Both the position numbers and the translations under genes were made by a program. Of a DNA stretch of 40,197 bases, positions 1-9,419 are shown in pieces (the first letter of the stretch is position 1; the number at the start of each line of letters is the position of its first letter). The stretch is from a bacterium (GTDB lineage Bacteria; Zhuqueibacterota; Zhuqueibacteria; Oceanimicrobiales; Oceanimicrobiaceae). A model generated the notes under the pieces. That model worked only from the letters and a program-made list of their open reading frames with translations, was not told the origin of the DNA and did not search any database. The stretch lies in the NCBI GenBank assembly GCA_046757025.1, contig JBHHXN010000028.1, positions 1 to 40,197 of the forward strand, read 5' to 3'.

Positions 1-896
1 AGCAAACTTCGGTAACGGATGGTTTTGCCATCGACATAAAAAATGACGCGGAAGTGGTCATCGATAACGCCAATTCCGGGTGGCAAAAAGGCAACAGTAA
101 TTACATCGTGCGCATTGGTTTTGATTCACGATTTGCACCCGCGTATCAAAATAAACGGGTGGCGTATCCCGCGGATTTTGAAATTACCTTTACTGAAAAA
201 GGTCTGGGTGATTTGTCCTTTCCGGCGACTTCCTTCAGCCAGCCGCAGCCATCCAACGTCACCACAAAAAATCTCACAGAAAACATCGAACATTTTCAGT
301 TTATTTTCCGTGACGTCAACAACGATACCGCCTTCAACGCCGGCGATGCATTGTATTTCGTTTCAGGGGCGGCGGCTGGTGAGCCGGCCACCTCCTTCTC
401 CAACTTGCGGGTAGCTTGGTCGGTTTCCTTTGTCAAAGACACCACCCTGTCAGAAGTGGACCAACGGCCGCCCAGGAGCGGGGATGTTTTCGTAGTACGA
501 ACCAAAAAGCCGTTTCGCTCCGATGAGTACTTTGAATTTACAACAAAAGCGCCGGCTTTCGATAAACAAAAGGCCAGATCCGAGCTAGATGATATCGCGG
601 TGGTACCCAACCCTTACGTCGGCGCCGCCTCCTGGGAGCCGCAGACCAACAGCGTAGGACGAGGCGAACGCAGAATTTACTTCATCAATTTACCGGCGGA
701 ATGCACCATTCGCATCTTCACCATCAGCGGCCATTTAGTGCAAACTTTACAACACCGCTCCACTCTTGCCACCGGCCAGAAAGCGTGGAATTTGGTGACA
801 AAAGACGGGATGGATGTTGCCTACGGCGTTTACGTTTTCCACGTGGACGCGCCCGGCATTGGCAAAAAAATCGGGCGATTTGCGATTATCAAATAA
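1..896 (+). CDS. 3' part of a large secreted protein with a T9SS-type C-terminal sorting domain (5'-truncated by window)
   Basis: The frame is open from base 3. The C-terminus VVPNPY...IYFINLP..CTIRIFTISGHLV...WNL..KDG.DVAYGVY.FHV...GRFAIIK is typical of CTD-bearing proteins encoded just upstream of PorV-family genes. Confidence 0.75.
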   Translation, partial: QTSVTDGFAIDIKNDAEVVIDNANSGWQKGNSNYIVRIGFDSRFAPAYQNKRVAYPADFEITFTEKGLGDLSFPATSFSQPQPSNVTTKNLTENIEHFQFIFRDVNNDTAFNAGDALYFVSGAAAGEPATSFSNLRVAWSVSFVKDTTLSEVDQRPPRSGDVFVVRTKKPFRSDEYFEFTTKAPAFDKQKARSELDDIAVVPNPYVGAASWEPQTNSVGRGERRIYFINLPAECTIRIFTISGHLVQTLQHRSTLATGQKAWNLVTKDGMDVAYGVYVFHVDAPGIGKKIGRFAIIK

Positions 897-921
897 CCAC
901 AATCGATTAATGAGGGAAACC

Positions 922-1959
922 ATGCGTACGAAGTATTTGTTATTTATTTTGATATTCGGCTCTTCTGCCACTCTTTTAAATGCGCAGGGATTGATCACCG
1001 ACGTGTCCAAATCCGGCACTTCAGTGGCCACATTTCTTGAAATCTCAATTGGCGCTCCCGCGGTAGGCATGGGCGGCGCTTATGTCAGCATTGCCAACGA
1101 CGCCACGGCGCTATACTGGAATGTCGCCGGAATTGCAGAACTCGAGCAAAACGAAGTGGTGGCCTTACACAATAGCTGGATTGCCGGCACCAGTCTGGAT
1201 TTTCTCGGTCTGGTCCTGAAGTTAGGCGATTTTGGATCCCTTGGCGCCAGCATCATCTCCCTATCCATGGATGACATGGTCGTCAGAACCGTGGAGCAGC
1301 CGGACGGCACCGGCGAGTTTTTCAGCGCCGGTGACATTGCGGTGGGACTATCGTACGCCAGACAATTGACTGACCGTTTTTCAATCGGGTTTACTGCGAA
1401 ATTCGTACAACAAACCATCTGGCACGAAACTGCAAAAGCCTTTGCCATCGACGCCGGCTCCACCTTTAAAACAGACCTGTTTGGCGGTATGACCATTGGC
1501 GCCAATATCTCAAATTTCGGCACCAAAATGAAACTCTCGGGTCGGGACACCCGGCATTTCATTCGCATCGACGACAACAAACTCGGCTCCAACGAGCGCA
1601 TTCCCACCAACATCGAGCTCGATTCCTGGCATCTGCCGTTGACGCTGCAATTCGGCGTTTCCACCAACATCATCGATAACGAAAAAAGCCGCTGGACCAT
1701 CGCCCTCGACGCGCTGCACCCCAGCGACGACTACGAAAGTGTGAATCTTGGAATGGAATATGCCTTTGGCGACCTGTTGTTTTTACGCGGCGGCTACCAA
1801 TCCTTGTTCCTGGATGACGCCGAAGGCGGGCTGTCGTTCGGAGCGGGTTTAAAATTGAACATGCTATTCAGCAAAGCGCCCATCAAAATCGATTACGCGT
1901 TTCGTGATATGGGACGCCTGGAAGACACGCATGTTTTTTCCATTGCGGTCAGCTTTTAA
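922..1959 (+). CDS. PorV/PorQ (UPF0164) family outer-membrane beta-barrel protein
   Basis: ATG at 922 follows a GAGGGA SD-like sequence. Signal peptide, FLEISIGAPAVGMGGAY and NDATALYWN.AG motifs, C-terminal Phe (VSF). Confidence 0.85.
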   Translation: MRTKYLLFILIFGSSATLLNAQGLITDVSKSGTSVATFLEISIGAPAVGMGGAYVSIANDATALYWNVAGIAELEQNEVVALHNSWIAGTSLDFLGLVLKLGDFGSLGASIISLSMDDMVVRTVEQPDGTGEFFSAGDIAVGLSYARQLTDRFSIGFTAKFVQQTIWHETAKAFAIDAGSTFKTDLFGGMTIGANISNFGTKMKLSGRDTRHFIRIDDNKLGSNERIPTNIELDSWHLPLTLQFGVSTNIIDNEKSRWTIALDALHPSDDYESVNLGMEYAFGDLLFLRGGYQSLFLDDAEGGLSFGAGLKLNMLFSKAPIKIDYAFRDMGRLEDTHVFSIAVSF

Positions 1960-2173
1960 ACCCAACTTTAATTTTCACGTCCCCCTGAGCGAAGTCGAAG
2001 GGTGAGCAATGAGCAGATGATAATTCTACAAATACTTATTGCGGTAAACCGAAACCAAAAAATAAATTGTCAGTACGCTGAATCGGAACTGACACAGAAT
2101 TATAATTCACTCAAGTTACGCACTTAGATAATGTAAACAAAAACAGATATGTCAAGCTGATGAATTCATATTT

Positions 2174-2261
2174 AGTGTCTGAACGAAAACTCGAGAAATG
2201 CAGGAATTCACCCTCGGAAAGGAGGCCTTCGGGAAGATCGGGTGGTTTTCGTTCAGTCACT
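2174..2261. mobile_element. MITE of the GTG...CAC TIR family (copy 1)
   Basis: AGTGTCTGAACGAAAAC ... GTTTTCGTTCAGTCACT, 16/17 inverted match. Confidence 0.65.
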
Positions 2262-2350
2262 CTTTTAGCAATTAATATGCAAGATATTACATTACGATTC
2301 CAAAATTTGAGTGATTGAGTAATTATTTACACATTCTAACCATTTTATTT

Positions 2351-2426
2351 AACGCAGAGGCGCAGAGGACGCAGAGCTGCGCAGAGAAAAATATCTCGCT
2401 CTGCGCTCTTGGCGGTCTCTGCGTTG
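2351..2426. repeat. Tandem CGCAGAG repeats followed by inverted CTCTGCG copies (hairpin module)
   Basis: Four CGCAGAG units (2353-2386), then two CTCTGCG units ending in CTCTGCGTT, which can pair with AACGCAGAG. Confidence 0.7.
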
Positions 2427-2659
2427 AAATCAAAGTCTTTATTTCATAATCTTTTGCTCTGGTGCAAATCGTCTTTTGAATCGTAAAGAAAAAAGTCGAT
2501 TTAGAAATGACTTCTTAAATAAAGGGTTACTTGCGAATATTTTTAATTTTGTTATATCTTTAATCATGATAAGAAATTATCTGAATTCAGGTTAAGAAAA
2601 ATACATTAGATACCATTTATTACATTACTGCGAAACTTGAGTCAAATAAATAGCAACAA

Positions 2660-4267
2660 ATGATTAAAAATACAAAAATTTTTCTTGCGGTTTGGGGTCT
2701 GCTTTTAAGTTCAATGCTCATGGGCTCCCCGAAAGGAGAGCCGGATATTCGGGTCGTTTCGTATGCAGCGCTGACCGAAGCCCGTCTCGATACCGTCATC
2801 GTAGCCAGAGTAGGCGACCTGGTGATTACCGCCAAAGAGTTTCTTCTCGGTTTTGAATACGGGCCGGCGTTTGTCAAGCGTAACAGAGATTCCAAAGCGC
2901 GCTACCTGGAGTTCATGATCAATGAAAAATTGCTGGCTTTAGATGGATATGACCGGAATTTGGATACCAATCGACAAGTTGTGGAAACCATCAAAGAAAT
3001 CGAAGGCGATCTGGCAACAGAGGAGCTGTATCGGGAGGATGTTTTAAGCCAGGTGAAAATCACTGAAGAGGAAATTGCCGAAGGAATCGCGCGCGAACGC
3101 CGCCATCTTTCGCTAAAATGGCTGTACGCCCCTACGTTTGACGAAATCGACGCTTTGCAGAAACAATTACAGGCCGGCGTTCCTTTTGACTCGCTCTTTA
3201 ATCGGCAGTTGAGTGAATCCGTTCCGCTGGAAGACCGTTTCATGGAAACCACCCGCTTTCGCTTGCAGACCAAAAATCCGGTTTTGTCCAGCATCGTGGA
3301 CACGCTTTCGCACCAGAGCAATTCCACGGCCATCGGAACGGCTGACGGCTGGTATATCGTGCGCATCGTGCAGCAGTGGACGAATCCCATTATGACCGAA
3401 TCCGAACAGATGAAGCTGCAGCACGACATTCAACGCGCCATCTTCAAACAAAAAGCCGATGCGCTCTCAGACAAATACGTACACCAGCTCATGCTTGATC
3501 ACGACCCGGTTATTGTGCGTTCGACATTCGACCTGCTGCGAGCTTATCTCGGCAAGAAAATTTTACCGCCGGATAAATTCACCGATTGGGAATTAACCAA
3601 AAATCTCATGGCCGAATACGGCCCGCGTGACAGCGTGGAAGTGGATGACCATCTGGACAAAACCCTGGTAAAACTCACGCAGGGCCAAATCCGGCTGCAA
3701 GATTTTATGGTCTGGTTTCGCACCCGGGAGGCGGTTATTCGATTCAGCGTTTCCTCACCGCAGGCATTTTTTGTTTCTTTAGAGCAATTGATCTGGCGCA
3801 TGGTTCGTGACCACTTGCTGGTGAAGCGGGCATTCGCACGAGACATGCATTTGCGAGAATCGGTGAAAACGCAAAAGATTTGGTGGCGGGATAAAAGCGT
3901 GTACGCGCTGACGAAATCGCAGTTGGCCCGGCGCATCAAGCTCAATGAAAAGCAGTTAAAAGAATATTATGAAAAAAATAACTATTCATTTCACAACCGC
4001 AGCGGAGCGCTGATTCCGTTTGAGAAAGCCAAAGACGATGTTTTAAGAGAAGCGTATCAAGAGGCCCTGACTCAAAAAAAGCTTCGACATATTTTAACAT
4101 TAAAACGAAAATATCCAGTTACAATCAATCAACCTGTGTTGAATTCATTGCAAGTGGACATGGAGCATCAACTCAATGCCATCGATGTCTATACCGTTAA
4201 AAAAGGGGGTACCTTTCCCCGCCCGGCTTTTCCGACCATCGATCCGGACTGGCAAGCCTGGTATTAA
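2660..4267 (+). CDS. Periplasmic PpiC/parvulin/SurA-like peptidyl-prolyl isomerase or chaperone
   Basis: Signal peptide; VARVGDLVITAKEF SurA-N-like start, FDSL, and a GWYIVRI parvulin-like strand; EYYEKN...PFEKAKDDV repeat. The parvulin motifs are divergent. Confidence 0.65.
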   Translation: MIKNTKIFLAVWGLLLSSMLMGSPKGEPDIRVVSYAALTEARLDTVIVARVGDLVITAKEFLLGFEYGPAFVKRNRDSKARYLEFMINEKLLALDGYDRNLDTNRQVVETIKEIEGDLATEELYREDVLSQVKITEEEIAEGIARERRHLSLKWLYAPTFDEIDALQKQLQAGVPFDSLFNRQLSESVPLEDRFMETTRFRLQTKNPVLSSIVDTLSHQSNSTAIGTADGWYIVRIVQQWTNPIMTESEQMKLQHDIQRAIFKQKADALSDKYVHQLMLDHDPVIVRSTFDLLRAYLGKKILPPDKFTDWELTKNLMAEYGPRDSVEVDDHLDKTLVKLTQGQIRLQDFMVWFRTREAVIRFSVSSPQAFFVSLEQLIWRMVRDHLLVKRAFARDMHLRESVKTQKIWWRDKSVYALTKSQLARRIKLNEKQLKEYYEKNNYSFHNRSGALIPFEKAKDDVLREAYQEALTQKKLRHILTLKRKYPVTINQPVLNSLQVDMEHQLNAIDVYTVKKGGTFPRPAFPTIDPDWQAWY

Positions 4268-4425
4268 TTTCAATTAAAAAATGAACATATTAAATCAAAA
4301 GTGCATTTTCTTTCCCAATTTAAATCTTTCACAAATTTCGGTGGGCGGTGATTTTACCAATGCCTGGATGGGTTAGCCAATTGGAACTAAGAACAACGAA
4401 TACTGACTTCTGCGCGCCATTTAGA

Positions 4426-5748
4426 ATGTATCCCTGCACTCCTTTCAACCGCGACTGGCTGAAGCGGTTATTAGTGATTTTTTCATTCAGCATTTTCATC
4501 TGGTCCGGGTTTTCATGCAGCCCCAAAGAGCATGCGCAACCAGATTTCATAACCTACTGGTCAGCTAACAATCAGTATGAGCAAGACCTGGCCAAGGTAA
4601 TCGTGGCGGAATGGAATCAACGGCACCCGGAAATGCCGGTAAAGCACCAGCCCATTCCTGAAAGCCAGTCCAGCGAGGAAGTGATTCTGGCGGCGGTGAT
4701 CGGTAAGGCCACACCGGATGTGTACTCCAACATGTGGCCGGGGGACGTGCAGCTCTATGTGAACGCTCAAGCTCTGGTGCCTCTGAGCGATTTCATGAGC
4801 TTTGATTCGGTTATAAGCTCGCGGGTTAAAAAAGAAATTTTGGAAGAGTCGCGCTCGCTGGACGGCAAAGTGTATCAAATTCCCTGGAAAACCAATCCCA
4901 TCATGATGATTTACAACAAAAAGATGCTGGCAGAAAATGGCTTTCCGGAACCGCCCAGAACCTATTCCGAGTTTGAAAGACAGGCTGAAATTATCACCGC
5001 TGATTTAGATGGGGACGGTTACACTGATCGCTACATGGGGTTGGCCGACATCCGCGTGCTCTGGTGGCAACGTTTTTTTGATTTCTACACTTTTTACATC
5101 GCGGCCTCCGGCGGTCAGACTCTGCTCAAACAGGGTAAGGTGTATTTCAACAATCCTGCCGCGGTTGCAGTATTTGATTTTTTTCGATCCATATATGAAA
5201 ATGGCTACATACCCATGGAAAAATACCAGGCGCGTGTGGACCCGTTTTTATCCGGCAGAGTGGCCACGCGCTTTACCGGACCCTGGGAGATCACCCATGC
5301 TGAAAAACTGAAACCTGCAGGATTTGAATACGATTTTGCTCCGATTCCGATTCCAGACTCGCTTGCTGGCCCGGTTTACACGTATGGCGATTTCAAAAAT
5401 ATCGTCATGTTCAAAACCAGAAACGACCCCGCAAAGGTCTGGCCGTTTGTTGAATTTATGATTTCTCGTGAAAATGATTATCGTTTATTGGAGATGACCA
5501 ATCAGCTACCGATCAGAAAAAAGATATTGGATGACAGCTTGTTTCAAGAATATTTCGCCCGCAACCCGCTGATGCTGAAATTTGCCAGGCAGGCGGAGTT
5601 TGTGCGCGGCGCCGACGTCTCAAAAGATCTGAAGGAAATTTTTGACGCCATTTCTCAGGAATATGAAGCCTCGGTAATTTATCAGGCGAAAACATCTGCC
5701 AAAGCGGTAGCGGACGCCGCAAAACGGGCAGAGTTGATTATGCGGTAG
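4426..5748 (+). CDS. Sugar ABC transporter substrate-binding lipoprotein (CUT1 family)
   Basis: Lipobox-like GFSC; PDVY, GKVYQIPW, MIYNKKM and GPWE motifs of family-1 solute-binding proteins. Start codon uncertain. Confidence 0.9.
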   Translation: MYPCTPFNRDWLKRLLVIFSFSIFIWSGFSCSPKEHAQPDFITYWSANNQYEQDLAKVIVAEWNQRHPEMPVKHQPIPESQSSEEVILAAVIGKATPDVYSNMWPGDVQLYVNAQALVPLSDFMSFDSVISSRVKKEILEESRSLDGKVYQIPWKTNPIMMIYNKKMLAENGFPEPPRTYSEFERQAEIITADLDGDGYTDRYMGLADIRVLWWQRFFDFYTFYIAASGGQTLLKQGKVYFNNPAAVAVFDFFRSIYENGYIPMEKYQARVDPFLSGRVATRFTGPWEITHAEKLKPAGFEYDFAPIPIPDSLAGPVYTYGDFKNIVMFKTRNDPAKVWPFVEFMISRENDYRLLEMTNQLPIRKKILDDSLFQEYFARNPLMLKFARQAEFVRGADVSKDLKEIFDAISQEYEASVIYQAKTSAKAVADAAKRAELIMR

Positions 5749-5830
5749 GAAAGCTTTGAGAGAAAATACTACCAAGAATAAAAACAACATCTCGAAAATA
5801 TTTGATAATTTTTTTTTCGGACATATTTCA

Positions 5831-6077
5831 TGTTTGATCGAAAACTCCCTCGTCGCTCTGTCATTCTGAGGTGCGCAGCGACGAAGAATCTCATGCAACA
5901 CAATTTGCTAAAAATGCAAAATGGTGAATTCGTGCAGAAGGTTAGTTCTCTGAACTAATAAACACTGTGAGAAAAGATTCTTCGGTTGCGGAGCTTGTCC
6001 CTTCGCAAGGCTCAGGGCACAGGCTCTGAGTATCGTCGAAGAACTCCCACAGAATAACACTTTCCGTTCAGACACTA
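5831..6077. mobile_element. MITE of the GTG...CAC TIR family (copy 2, degenerate left end) carrying a GTCATTCTGAG...GAAGAATCT / AGATTCTTCG...CAGAATAAC REP-like pair
   Basis: Left TGTTTGATCGAAAAC (5831); right TTTCCGTTCAGACACTA (6061-6077); internal inverted palindromic units. Confidence 0.55.
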
Positions 6078-6158
6078 ATAAAAATGAGCCACTGATTAAC
6101 ACGGATTTTCACGGATTATTCAAATTGAGACACCGTTACAAACGGTGTCGTACCATAT

Positions 6159-7094
6159 ATGGTCACTACGAACATGAATAAATCGGAGACAATCTCTCAG
6201 AAAATGAACTATCCGTTTTCTAAACGAAAATCTTCAAAACGGGACCGGGTGGGCTATTTGCTGGTGCTGCCCTACGCCGCACACTTTGCCTTATTTGTGG
6301 CCTTTCCCGTGCTGTTTTGCCTGACGCTGGTTTTTCACAAATGGGACATCGTATCGGACATGCAGTGGGTGGGGATAGGCAATTTCATACGGCTTATCCA
6401 GGATCGGTTGTTTCTTAAAGCGATCCTCAACACCCTGACCTTTTTACTGGTGCACATTCCGTTACAGATCGTTATCGCTCTGTTTCTGGCGGAGCTGCTC
6501 AATCAGAAGATCAAACTGCGAGGCTTTTTTCGCGCTTCGTTTTTTATGCCGGTGGTGGTTTCGGGTGTGGTCGTCACCATCTTGTGGGATCAATTGTATG
6601 CTCAGGACACCGGCGTCATCAATTTGCTGCTGGCGAAAATGAGCCTGCCGAAATTGCCGTGGCTCACCAGTCCCAAATTAGCCATGCCCAGCATCGCGGT
6701 CATGGCTACCTGGAAGAATGTCGGTTTGTATATCGTGCTGTTTCTGGTCGGCTTGCAAAGCGTCCCGCGTTATTTATACGAAGCCGCGGAAATCGAAGGC
6801 GCCTCGCACTGGTATAAATTCACGCGCATCACCTTGCCGATGATCAACCCGACGATTTTTCTGGTGGTGATTCTTTCCACAATAAACGGTTTTGCGCTGT
6901 TCATCGAACCATACGTCATGACCGGCGGCGGCCCAATGAACTCCACGCTGTCGGGGGTTTTATATATCTACAATCAGGGCTTTACGTTTTATCACATGGG
7001 TTATGCCGCCACGCTGGCGTTTTTCTTCGCCGCAATCGTGTTCCTGGTGGTGTTTGTTCAACGCAAAGTCATCGAACAAGAATCTATCTATTGA
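6159..7094 (+). CDS. Carbohydrate ABC transporter permease (MalF/UgpA-like)
   Basis: Multiple TM segments; EAA loop LYEAAEIEGAS; ITLPMINP; MTGGGP. The true start may be 6174 or 6204. Confidence 0.92.
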   Translation: MVTTNMNKSETISQKMNYPFSKRKSSKRDRVGYLLVLPYAAHFALFVAFPVLFCLTLVFHKWDIVSDMQWVGIGNFIRLIQDRLFLKAILNTLTFLLVHIPLQIVIALFLAELLNQKIKLRGFFRASFFMPVVVSGVVVTILWDQLYAQDTGVINLLLAKMSLPKLPWLTSPKLAMPSIAVMATWKNVGLYIVLFLVGLQSVPRYLYEAAEIEGASHWYKFTRITLPMINPTIFLVVILSTINGFALFIEPYVMTGGGPMNSTLSGVLYIYNQGFTFYHMGYAATLAFFFAAIVFLVVFVQRKVIEQESIY

Positions 7095-7095
7095 T

Positions 7096-7902
7096 ATGAA
7101 AAACTGGCTCTACTATTTGCTGCTCATCTTCTGGACGATCTTATTTATTTATCCGTTTTTGTGGATGATCTCCGCAACCATCCGGCCGGAGTACGAGGTG
7201 GGCGGATTGGATATCCTTCCTTCACAATTCACTTTGAGCAGCTATGTAAAAGTCTTTGAAAAAATCCCAATTGTAAGAGCCTTTTTTAACAGCCTGTTTG
7301 TAGCGTTGACCGTCACCGCCGGTGTGCTGGTATTCGGCTCGATGATCGGATATGCCCTGAGCCGATTGCATTTTCGCGGCCGGGACACCATCTTTTACCT
7401 CGTGTTGTTCACCATGATGATTCCCTTTCAAATCATTCTGATTCCGCTGTATATTTTGATGGTTAAATTTGGCTGGGTGAATTCCTACCTTTCTTTGATC
7501 GTACCCTGGCTGGTCAGCGCTCTGGGGATCGTGCTGTTTCGCCAGTACTTTCAAAGCGTTCCGCAGGATGTCATCGATGCGGCGCGCATCGACGGCTGCA
7601 ATGAGCTGCAAATCATCTTTCGAATCATCTGGCCGATTTCCGTGCCGACGCTGATCACCGTGGGCATTTTGACGTTTATGACCACCTGGAACGAAGTGCT
7701 CTGGCCCCTGATCGTCATTCGTGAACACGATTTGATGACCATGCCGCAGCTCGTGACCATTTTTACGGTGGGCGGTCAGGCGGAATCCCTGCTCGGCGTG
7801 CAATTGGCTGCCGCCACCCTTTTGGCGCTGCCCGTGATCATCGCCTATGCCTTTTTTCAAAAATATTTCATCGAAAGCATGGCGACCTCCGGATTAAAAT
7901 GA
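7096..7902 (+). CDS. Carbohydrate ABC transporter permease (MalG/UgpE-like)
   Basis: ATG 1 nt after the upstream stop; DAARIDGC EAA loop; WNEVLWP; FQKYF...GLK end. Confidence 0.92.
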   Translation: MKNWLYYLLLIFWTILFIYPFLWMISATIRPEYEVGGLDILPSQFTLSSYVKVFEKIPIVRAFFNSLFVALTVTAGVLVFGSMIGYALSRLHFRGRDTIFYLVLFTMMIPFQIILIPLYILMVKFGWVNSYLSLIVPWLVSALGIVLFRQYFQSVPQDVIDAARIDGCNELQIIFRIIWPISVPTLITVGILTFMTTWNEVLWPLIVIREHDLMTMPQLVTIFTVGGQAESLLGVQLAAATLLALPVIIAYAFFQKYFIESMATSGLK

Positions 7903-7923
7903 CTATGGAAGGGATTTCTTAAA

Positions 7924-9231
7924 ATGAAAATCAAGAAAATCTGCCAGCCATTCTTTACCGCTGTACTGTTCATTTTTTTGCTGACAAACACGGGCTGCGA
8001 AAGCAACCACACGACCTCGGAAACTGGACTGAATTTGTTTAATCTCACCCATCTCGATCACTTGTACGAAGAGGTGGTCATCGACGGCAAAGAGATGGCC
8101 ATCATTCATATTTACTGTGAGTACCCGGATTATCGATGGGTGGATGCCGCTGACGAAGGCATCGCCTGTGTGGACGATGTGGCGCGGGCGGCGGTGGTCT
8201 ATCTGCGCCATTTTGAAATCAGCGGCGAAGAATCGAGCTTGCATAAAGCGCAAAAACTGTTGGAATTTTGTCGGTATATGCAGGCAGACGACGGCTTATT
8301 TTATAATTTTATCTTTACGGATCACACCATCAACCGTCACGGTGAAACCAGCTTCAAAAGCCTGGGTTGGTGGAGCGTGCGGGCCATCTGGGCGCTGGCA
8401 GAGGGATTTCGAGTTTATCAGCAGCGAGATTCAAGCTATGCCGCTCTGCTGCAGACGCAAATTCAAAAAACCTTCACGCACATCGACACACTTTTGGAAC
8501 GCTATCCCGAGGTCGATATAATAAACGGTTTCAAAGTGCCGAAGTGGCTGCTCTACCATTCAGCCGCTGACGCCACCTCCGAGCTCATGCTCGGATTAAC
8601 GGCTTATGTAAAAGCGGCGGGCGATTCAACAGCCATGCGGTATATAAAAACTTTTGCGGAAGGTCTCCTGCAAATGCAAGTAGGCGACCGCGAACATTTC
8701 CCGTACGGCATGTTTTTATCCTGGCGAAATGTCTGGCACGGCTGGGCAAACGGACAAACACAAGCGCTGGCATACATGAGCCAGGTGGTCCACAATGAGA
8801 CCTTCCAAAATGCCGCCATGAAAGAAGCCAGCTATTTTTATCCATACTGGATTGGCAGCGGTTTTCCGCGAGAATATAAATTGGTGCGGGCAGATTCGTT
8901 CGGTGTGGAGAGCAAACAGCGCTTTGCGCAAATCGCGTACAACCTTCGACCGGCAGTGGTTGGCGCCCTGAAGCTTTACGATTTGACAAAAGATGAAAAA
9001 TACGCCAGGTTAGCTGGAGAGCTCGCAACCTGGTTCTTTGGCAACAATCCAGCGCAAGCGCAAATGTACGATGCGGAAACCGGCAGAGGTTTTGACGGTA
9101 TTTTGTCTGAAACGGAAATTAACCGCAACGCCGGGGCGGAGTCCACAATTGAAGCGCTTTATTCCATACTGGAAGTGGAGGCGAATCCGATTGCAAGTAA
9201 ATATTTACATGACTACATAAATTCCAAATGA
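7924..9231 (+). CDS. Uncharacterised lipoprotein, probable (alpha/alpha)6-barrel glycosidase-like protein of GH130-associated loci
   Basis: Lipobox-like NTGC; motifs EGIACVDDVARA, WFFGNN, G.GFDG and NRNAGAESTIE. Confidence 0.6.
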   Translation: MKIKKICQPFFTAVLFIFLLTNTGCESNHTTSETGLNLFNLTHLDHLYEEVVIDGKEMAIIHIYCEYPDYRWVDAADEGIACVDDVARAAVVYLRHFEISGEESSLHKAQKLLEFCRYMQADDGLFYNFIFTDHTINRHGETSFKSLGWWSVRAIWALAEGFRVYQQRDSSYAALLQTQIQKTFTHIDTLLERYPEVDIINGFKVPKWLLYHSAADATSELMLGLTAYVKAAGDSTAMRYIKTFAEGLLQMQVGDREHFPYGMFLSWRNVWHGWANGQTQALAYMSQVVHNETFQNAAMKEASYFYPYWIGSGFPREYKLVRADSFGVESKQRFAQIAYNLRPAVVGALKLYDLTKDEKYARLAGELATWFFGNNPAQAQMYDAETGRGFDGILSETEINRNAGAESTIEALYSILEVEANPIASKYLHDYINSK

Positions 9232-9246
9232 ACGTATGATGAGCTA

Positions 9247-9394
9247 AGTGCTTGCGCAAAAAGAAAATACCGTTCTGGAGTCGCAATTATCACACCTCGA
9301 CTTCGCTCGGTGTGAAGCTACCTACTTCATTCTGAATCCCAAAGACATTTCGGGAAAGCATAATAGAATTCCAAGTTGTTTTCGCTCAAGCACT
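9247..9394. mobile_element. MITE of the GTG...CAC TIR family (copy 3) carrying a TCACACCTCGACTTCGCTCGGTGTGA palindrome
   Basis: AGTGCTTGCGCAAAA ... TTTTCGCTCAAGCACT; the GTG...CAC core is flanked by TAA on both sides. Confidence 0.55.
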
Positions 9395-9419
9395 AAGTAC
9401 AATTTTCGAGGAGGTGTTA

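Larger units (their letters stand above)
2109..2642. mobile_element. MITE-like element with 14-bp TIRs, containing nested elements
   Basis: Left ACTCAAGTTACGCA (2109-2122) matches the reverse complement of right TGCGAAACTTGAGT (2629-2642) at 13/14. The left end recurs at 40023-40046 (23/24 identical). No clear TSD. Confidence 0.6.
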
